63,661 bases of DNA from an uncultured Candidatus Saccharibacteria bacterium (GTDB lineage: Bacteria > Patescibacteriota > Minisyncoccia > UBA6257 > WO2-44-18): the NCBI GenBank assembly GCA_964503795.1, contig CAZDBT010000003.1, positions 1 to 63,661 of the forward strand. The letters are read 5' to 3'. Positions 59,013 to 63,661 of this stretch are shown here, piece by piece. The translations under genes and the position numbers were made by a program. The notes beneath the pieces were generated by a model. That model saw only the letters and a program-made list of their open reading frames with translations, was not told where the DNA came from and did not search any database. Numbering within the stretch: position 1 is the first letter of the stretch; each line of letters starts with the position of its first letter.

Positions 59013-59708
59013 ATGGATTTAGCGGTACAAAAACGGGAGAAATTCGGGAAAGCAACCAAGGCCATGCGTTTGGCCGGTTTGGTGCCCGCTGAACTTTACG
59101 GACGTGGCGTAGCCAACGTTCATTTGGCGATTCCAGCCAAAGAATTACGCCGCATTTTGAAACAGGCCGGCGAAAATACTATGGTTAACGTGCTGATCGA
59201 TGGTCAGAGCCGTCCGGTGATGATCCACAAGCTGGCTCACAATCCGGTCAGCGATGAAATTACGAATGTAGACTTGTATCAGGTCCGCTTGGACGAAAAA
59301 ATTAAAGTCCGCGTGCCGGTAGAATTTATCGGTGAATCACAGGCCATCAAAGAGAAGAATGGTCTTTTGGTGAAAGCGATGCAAGAAATTGAAGTTGAGG
59401 CTTTGCCTACCAACATCCCTCGTTCCGTTTCCGCCGACATTTCTAAGATCGCCGATATCGGTCAGAGCGTTTATGTGAAAGATCTGAAATTCGCCGATGG
59501 TGTTACGGCGATAGTGGATGGGGAGTCCGTAGTTGCTACCGTTACCGCCAAGATGACTGAAGAGCAGGAAGCTGCGTTGTCTGCCGAGGTGAAGCCGGAA
59601 GATGTGAAAGTTGAGACGGAAGAGAAGAAAGAAGCTCGGGATGCCGCCAAGGCTGCTACTGCCGAAGCGCCAGCCGCAGGAGCCGCGCCTGCCCCGGAAA
59701 AGAAGTAG
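59013..59708 (+). CDS. rplY: 50S ribosomal protein L25/Ctc (long form)
   Basis: REKFGKATKAMRLAGLVPAELYG...VNVLIDG...HPV.D.I.NVDL. Acidic/Ala-rich C-terminal tail. Confidence 0.85.
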   Translation: MDLAVQKREKFGKATKAMRLAGLVPAELYGRGVANVHLAIPAKELRRILKQAGENTMVNVLIDGQSRPVMIHKLAHNPVSDEITNVDLYQVRLDEKIKVRVPVEFIGESQAIKEKNGLLVKAMQEIEVEALPTNIPRSVSADISKIADIGQSVYVKDLKFADGVTAIVDGESVVATVTAKMTEEQEAALSAEVKPEDVKVETEEKKEARDAAKAATAEAPAAGAAPAPEKK

Positions 59709-59736
59709 TAAGTAGCAAGTATTAAGTATAAAGATT

Positions 59737-59761
59737 AAAACCCCCGAAAGGGGGTTTTGTC
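59737..59761 (+). terminator. Rho-independent terminator
   Basis: AAAACCCCC-GAAA-GGGGGTTTT. Confidence 0.85.
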
Positions 59762-59770
59762 GTATATAAT

Positions 59771-61084
59771 ATGAATATGCGATTAGTAGCCGCATTTTTT
59801 CTCGCCTTAATACTTAATACCGCATACTTAATACCGCATACGATCCCGGCAGCTTTTGCCCAGAGTTCTTCCGATGAACGGCAGGCCCTAGAAAAGCAGC
59901 TCCAGGATCTAGAGGCGCAGATCGCTGCTAATGAGGCCAAAGTAAGCGACTACAAAAAACAGGGCAAGACTTTACAGGGCGAGATTGGTTCTCTGAATTC
60001 CAAAATCAGTAAGCTCAATTTGCAGATCAAGGCGATCACGCTGAATCTGGCAAAGCTGGATAAAGACATTGTTGTAAATCAGGGAGAGATAAAAGACGCG
60101 GAAACCAAATTGGACACTAATAAAGGCGCGCTGACAAACCTGATCCGCCGGTTGAACGAAGATGAGGATTCTGGTCTGGTGGAGGTGATGCTGAAACATC
60201 CGCGACTTTCTGATTTTTTCGGAAACCTTAACAGCATTTTGGCGGTCAAGGACGCGTTGGCCTCTACGGTTTCACAGGTTAAGTCGCTGCGGGAGAGTTT
60301 GTTGGGTAAGAAAGAAGATCTAGCGAATAAGCGCAGTGACGCGGCGGCCCTGAAGGCTTTTCAGGATTCTCAAAAGAAATCTATCGCCCAGACCAAGCAG
60401 GAGAAGGATGTTCTTTTGAAAGAAACTAAAGGCCAGGAGTCCAAATATCAGGCGATCGTAAAAGAAACCCAGAAGACCGCGGCCCAGATCCGTAGCCGAT
60501 TGTTCGAATTGCTTGGCGGCGGCGAGTTGACCTTTGAAGCGGCTTATAAATTCGCGAAGTTCGCCGAAGACGCTACCGGTATCCGGGCGGCATTTATTCT
60601 GGCGATTTTGGATAGGGAATCGGCGCTGGGGCAGAACGTCGGCAAGTGCAATTACAAAACGGCAATGCACCCCACCCGCGATATTCCATTGTTCTTGGCA
60701 TTAACCGCGGCTTTGAGCATCAGCCCGGATTCGGTAACGGTTTCTTGCGCGAATGCCGATGGCGCTTATGGCGGCGCGATGGGTCCGGCGCAGTTCATCC
60801 CATCCACCTGGAATCTTTATAAGGATCGGATCGCCGAAATTACCGGCCACAATCCGGCTTCGCCCTGGAACAATGGAGATGCTTTCGTAGCCACCGCTTT
60901 GTATATGAAAGACGCGATGAGTGGCTGCCGATCTATCTACTCCAAGCAGCTGGATCAGGAGCGTTGCGCGGCGGCGAAATATTATGCCGGCGCCAGATGG
61001 CGGAGTCATCTTTGGGGTTATGGCGATCGCGTGGTTACCAAAGCCCAGCAATTCCAAGCCGACATCGATCTGTTAAATTCCTAA
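59771..61084 (+). CDS. Secreted coiled-coil protein with C-terminal lytic transglycosylase (SLT/MltB-like) domain
   Basis: Signal peptide ending AFA-QS. Long coiled coil. GGAMGPAQFIPSTWNLY and GDAFVATALYM motifs. Confidence 0.7.
   Translation: MNMRLVAAFFLALILNTAYLIPHTIPAAFAQSSSDERQALEKQLQDLEAQIAANEAKVSDYKKQGKTLQGEIGSLNSKISKLNLQIKAITLNLAKLDKDIVVNQGEIKDAETKLDTNKGALTNLIRRLNEDEDSGLVEVMLKHPRLSDFFGNLNSILAVKDALASTVSQVKSLRESLLGKKEDLANKRSDAAALKAFQDSQKKSIAQTKQEKDVLLKETKGQESKYQAIVKETQKTAAQIRSRLFELLGGGELTFEAAYKFAKFAEDATGIRAAFILAILDRESALGQNVGKCNYKTAMHPTRDIPLFLALTAALSISPDSVTVSCANADGAYGGAMGPAQFIPSTWNLYKDRIAEITGHNPASPWNNGDAFVATALYMKDAMSGCRSIYSKQLDQERCAAAKYYAGARWRSHLWGYGDRVVTKAQQFQADIDLLNS
59811..59838 (+). 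repeat. Perfect 14-nt tandem duplication (TACTTAATACCGCA x2) in the signal-peptide coding region
   Basis: 59811-59824 is identical to 59825-59838. The unit length is not a multiple of 3. Confidence 0.95.
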
Positions 61085-61161
61085 ATAGTTAAAAGTTAAA
61101 AACTTTACAAACCTTAGAAACTATTTTAAGGTAGTGACGGTTCCTTTTGAGGAGGCAGGCC

Positions 61162-61449
61162 ATGAGAAAGCCGGTCATCCGCAGGCTGTATGGTTTGAGA
61201 ATATATCGTTTTAGCTTCCCGAAGATGTCGGACAGTTATCGCGACTTCACGCTCAATGATGTTATCGTGACCGCGAAGAGCAAAAAGGAGGCGAAAAAGT
61301 ATGCCATGGCTTACCTTCGGGAGAATATGGGAGCGGCAATAAACGCCATGACTCCGGAACAGGCCGTTGCGAAGGCGAAAATCACCGCAGGCGCTGACCC
61401 TGGTGAGATCACCGTGATCGGACGTTGGCCGAAGAAGAAAAAGAGTTAG
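61162..61449 (+). CDS. Small basic hypothetical protein
   Basis: 95 aa from ATG 61162, with GAGGAGG 6 nt upstream. C-terminal KKKKS. No family recognised. Confidence 0.5.
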   Translation: MRKPVIRRLYGLRIYRFSFPKMSDSYRDFTLNDVIVTAKSKKEAKKYAMAYLRENMGAAINAMTPEQAVAKAKITAGADPGEITVIGRWPKKKKS

Positions 61450-61454
61450 AAGCA

Positions 61455-61480
61455 GCCCCGCATTGCGGGGTTTTTTATTT
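61455..61480 (+). terminator. Rho-independent terminator; overlaps the 3' end of the convergent release-factor gene
   Basis: GCCCCGC-ATT-GCGGGGT hairpin followed by TTTTTATTT. Confidence 0.7.
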
Positions 61481-62212
61481 CGGCTGTTGGGCCTTCTTGA
61501 TCTTGTCCAAGATTGCGTCGAAGTCGCCGTCCAATACCTTTTCAATATTATGAACTTTGATTCCGAAGCGGTGGTCGGTGATGCGGTCGTCTGGGAAGTT
61601 GTAGGTGCGGATCTTTTCCGATCGGTCGGCGGTGCCGACTTGGGCGCGGCGGTTGGAGGTGACGTCGCCGAATTCTTTTTCTTTTTGCATCGCGTAAAGT
61701 TTAGCGCGGAGCATTTCCATCGCCATTTCCCGGTTAGATTTCTGATCGCGTTCCACGCGGCAGGAAATAACTATGCCGGTCGGCTTGTGCAGGATGCGAA
61801 CGGCGCTTTCAATTTTATTTACATTCTGTCCGCCCGGGCCTCCGGCGCGGGAGAAAGTTATTTCCAGATCTTCGGGTCGGATATTTACTTCTTTTGCCTC
61901 AACGACCGGGAGGATAGCCACGGTGGCAGTAGAGGTGTGTACACGGCCGGATTTTTCGGTATTTGGAACACGTTGGACGCGGTGCGTGCCGGATTCATTT
62001 TTGAAAGCATCATAGCAGCCCTCTCCGTCTACCCGGCCGATAAAAGTTTTGTAGCCACCCAAAGTTCCCGGGGAAGTATCGGAGATCGAAAAAGCCCAAC
62101 CCTGTTTTAGGGAATATTTTTGATACATTCGTACCAAGTCGCCGGCAAAGATGGAGGCTTCGTCGCCCCCCGCCCCCGCCCGGACTTCTAAGATGATCTT
62201 GTTTGCAGTCAT
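61475..62212 (-). CDS. Class-I peptide chain release factor, RF1-like (PxT-type tripeptide), lacking N-terminal domain 1
   Basis: 245 aa. Starts at [20 protein letters not shown] (the domain-2 start in RF1). [26 protein letters not shown] and RTYNFP motifs. Confidence 0.8.
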   Translation of the reverse strand: MTANKIILEVRAGAGGDEASIFAGDLVRMYQKYSLKQGWAFSISDTSPGTLGGYKTFIGRVDGEGCYDAFKNESGTHRVQRVPNTEKSGRVHTSTATVAILPVVEAKEVNIRPEDLEITFSRAGGPGGQNVNKIESAVRILHKPTGIVISCRVERDQKSNREMAMEMLRAKLYAMQKEKEFGDVTSNRRAQVGTADRSEKIRTYNFPDDRITDHRFGIKVHNIEKVLDGDFDAILDKIKKAQQPK

Positions 62213-62239
62213 AGATTTTATTATATAATGTTACTCCCA

Positions 62240-62266
62240 AAAATCCCCTCGCGAGGAGGGGATTTT
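62240..62266 (-). terminator. Rho-independent terminator of rpmE
   Basis: ATCCCCTC-GCGAG-GAGGGGAT hairpin flanked by A/T runs, immediately after the rpmE stop. Confidence 0.7.
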
Positions 62267-62267
62267 C

Positions 62268-62525
62268 TTACTTCACTTCCTTCTTTTTGACCCGAGGCTT
62301 TTTTACGATCTTCGGAGCAACCGCGGCTTTGGCGCGGCGGGCTTTAAACTTCTCAACCTTACCGGCAGTGTCAATCAAATTCTGTTTGCCGGTGTAGAAA
62401 GGATGGCAGTTGAAGCAGATTTCAACGTTAAGCTCCGGCTTGGTGGAGCCGGTAGTAAATTCTTTGCCGCAAACGCACTTAACTTTGGCCTTGTCGAAAT
62501 ATTTGGGGTGAATGTCGGTTTTCAT
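62268..62525 (-). CDS. rpmE: 50S ribosomal protein L31 (Zn-ribbon type) with Lys-rich C-terminal extension
   Basis: MKTDIHPKY...CVCG...[15 protein letters not shown] at 62525. Confidence 0.85.
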   Translation of the reverse strand: MKTDIHPKYFDKAKVKCVCGKEFTTGSTKPELNVEICFNCHPFYTGKQNLIDTAGKVEKFKARRAKAAVAPKIVKKPRVKKKEVK

Positions 62526-62538
62526 ATCAATGAGAGAT

Positions 62539-62567
62539 ATTATAGCCGAATAAATTATTAAAAGCAA
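62539..62567 (-). promoter_or_regulatory. Candidate rpmE promoter with a very short leader
   Basis: The minus strand reads TTGCTT, a 17-nt spacer, then TATAAT. The -10 box ends 13 nt before the ATG and there is no SD. Confidence 0.4.
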
Positions 62568-62571
62568 TAGA

Positions 62572-62600
62572 TTGACTATCGGTCAGTAAAAGCATATATT
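62572..62600 (+). promoter_or_regulatory. Candidate promoter of the lipoprotein gene
   Basis: TTGACT, a 17-nt spacer, then TATATT. Confidence 0.4.
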
Positions 62601-62629
62601 GAACCGCAGAACCATTGAGAGGTTAACAG

Positions 62630-63217
62630 GTGACACGCACAATCAGATGGCTGTTGTTCCTGCCGATCTTAGTGTTGGGAGTCGGCTGTGTTTCGACCCA
62701 CCACGAGGAAGAGAAAACCGGACTTTTTAAGAATGATTGCGATAAGATGATGGCGGCATTTGATGAGGTCAGGCAGGGCACGACGACCAGAGACGAACTG
62801 ACCCGGATCGGATTTTTATCCGATGCTCCGAACGTCAAGCGTCTACCAGGCGCGGAGGGAATGAAGCAGATCTTCGGTGAGCAGTGCTTCGACACGGCGC
62901 TCCGCGACAAGAACAACATTCAGCCGTTGCTCGAAGAGCTGAACCATTATCAGATGATCATCGTTCCTTTTAAGGACATCGTCACTGAAAAAGACCGTAT
63001 CTATTTTTCTACGCAGAACACCGACACGGAAGGCAAGGACGCTTCGCTTTTGTTCGTTCTCAAAGATGACGTGGTAGTTTATAAGACTGCCGAAGTCGTG
63101 AATGTTGATAAGCATGAATCCGAGCATGCCTTTGCTGAAGGGTTGCTCAATTTCCTGGATAAGTTTGGCGGCGGGATCGGAAGGCTGTATGAATTGGTCA
63201 AGAAGCTGAAGCCGTAA
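62630..63217 (+). CDS. Putative lipoprotein
   Basis: GTG start. Signal peptide with lipobox LVLGVG-C. 195 aa, no family recognised. Confidence 0.55.
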   Translation: MTRTIRWLLFLPILVLGVGCVSTHHEEEKTGLFKNDCDKMMAAFDEVRQGTTTRDELTRIGFLSDAPNVKRLPGAEGMKQIFGEQCFDTALRDKNNIQPLLEELNHYQMIIVPFKDIVTEKDRIYFSTQNTDTEGKDASLLFVLKDDVVVYKTAEVVNVDKHESEHAFAEGLLNFLDKFGGGIGRLYELVKKLKP

Positions 63218-63245
63218 AAGACAGACGACTAACAACTAACGACAA

Positions 63246-63270
63246 GGCCCCGAATTTCGGGGTCTTTTTA
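63246..63270 (+). terminator. Rho-independent terminator
   Basis: GGCCCCGA-ATT-TCGGGGTC hairpin followed by TTTTTA. Confidence 0.8.
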
Positions 63271-63276
63271 TTGCTA

Positions 63277-63306
63277 TTGACGCTTTGCGGGACGTTTGTA
63301 TATAAT
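63277..63306 (+). promoter_or_regulatory. Candidate rRNA operon promoter
   Basis: TTGACG, an 18-nt spacer, then TATAAT. Lies ~300 nt upstream of the 16S 5' end. Confidence 0.45.
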
Positions 63307-63604
63307 AGTCTTTACCTGATTAGCGAACAGTAAAAAGGTAATAGTTTATTAGAGCATCCGCCCCACTCGATATTTGAGATGTCGCGTGAGGCGGGTGTTT
63401 TATTCAGTCCCCAGAGGGATGAGAGAACACAGCGACTTTGATAAGTGAATAGTTTCATAAAAAAATTAGTACCTAATTTTTATGGAACACAACCAAGAAT
63501 CAAACAAAACGAGTCAAAAATTTTGTAGTTGTCCCAATTTATTCTAAGTAGAATGCAGGAAGCAAAAAGTAGTTTACTATTCTTTGCTTTCTACAATTTA
63601 CTTT

Positions 63605-63661
63605 ATTTATGAGGATTTGATCCTGGTCCAGGATGAACGCTGGCGGCGTGGATAAGGCATG
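63605..63661 (+). rRNA. rrs: 16S rRNA, 5' end only (continues beyond the window)
   Basis: GAGGATTTGATCCTGGTCCAGGATGAACGCTGGCGGCGTGGATAAGGCATG aligns to the universal 16S 5' region. The start is estimated by alignment to E. coli position 1. Confidence 0.85.

Noticed and set aside
61463-62110. 215-aa plus-strand ORF, and similar long antisense ORFs at 49872-50405, 52236-52808, 53698-54298 and 56636-57345
   Set aside because: Each lies opposite a gene with unmistakable family motifs (release factor, GAPDH, transketolase, aldolase). None has its own motifs or an RBS.

Overview
This window looks like chromosomal DNA from a small-genome, Patescibacteria/CPR-like bacterium. That inference rests on two split transketolases, a pentose-phosphate plus lower-glycolysis operon, O-antigen-ligase-TPR and lamin-tail-domain proteins, and a 16S 5' end (AGGATTTGATCCTGGTCCAG) with 4 mismatches to primer 27F. 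The genetic code is standard: TGA acts as a stop in ATGA gene junctions. GC is roughly 45-50% by eye, not computed.

Positions ~950-36925 form a ~36 kb, almost fully co-directional envelope-glycan super-locus. It contains:
- an ArnC-like GT2, a glycan-dedicated split transketolase-like TPP enzyme and two PLP enzymes;
- three paralogous TagB/TagF-like GT-B enzymes;
- two GNAT paralogues bracketing a thiotemplate block (acpS, a DltA-like adenylating enzyme, carrier protein 1, a FemAB/GNAT-like protein, an FkbH-type loader, carrier protein 2);
- a NodB deacetylase and a large polytopic membrane protein;
- a nonulosonic-acid core (neuC-neuA ... neuB) interrupted by a 2-hydroxyacid dehydrogenase, a cupin and two DMT transporters;
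- a divergent pair of GT-B-like enzymes, a short UDP-sugar dehydrogenase and a Wzy_C/O-antigen-ligase-TPR protein;
- secreted proline-linker proteins, a sugar nucleotidyltransferase, a Wzx flippase and an initiating phosphoglycosyl transferase.

The remainder is housekeeping:
- dsbA-like, cca followed 4 nt later by a CCA-less tRNA-Pro(CGG), serA-like, and a GC-rich type II glutamine synthetase;
- glutaredoxin, trxB and tandem cupredoxins;
- cyclophilin;
- the operon trmH-DUF192-PPC-gap-rpiB-[NUDIX]-rpe-tktN-small ORF-tktC-pfkB-unknown-fba;
- an inserted DUF4258/DUF2283 pair, L25, a lytic transglycosylase, a domain-1-less RF1-like release factor and L31;
- the first ~57 nt of 16S rRNA.

Most notable findings:
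- the dual carrier-protein decoration module embedded in a NulO/TagF-like glycan locus;
- a ~125-nt structured repeat present twice with compensatory stem changes;
- several single-gene GC-rich islands with their own promoters and terminators;
- a TA cassette bracketed by a duplicated fba 3' end;
- frame-critical tandem repeats (14 nt x2, 7 nt x4.6);
- the truncated release factor.

No CRISPR array, transposase, integrase or phage genes were seen.
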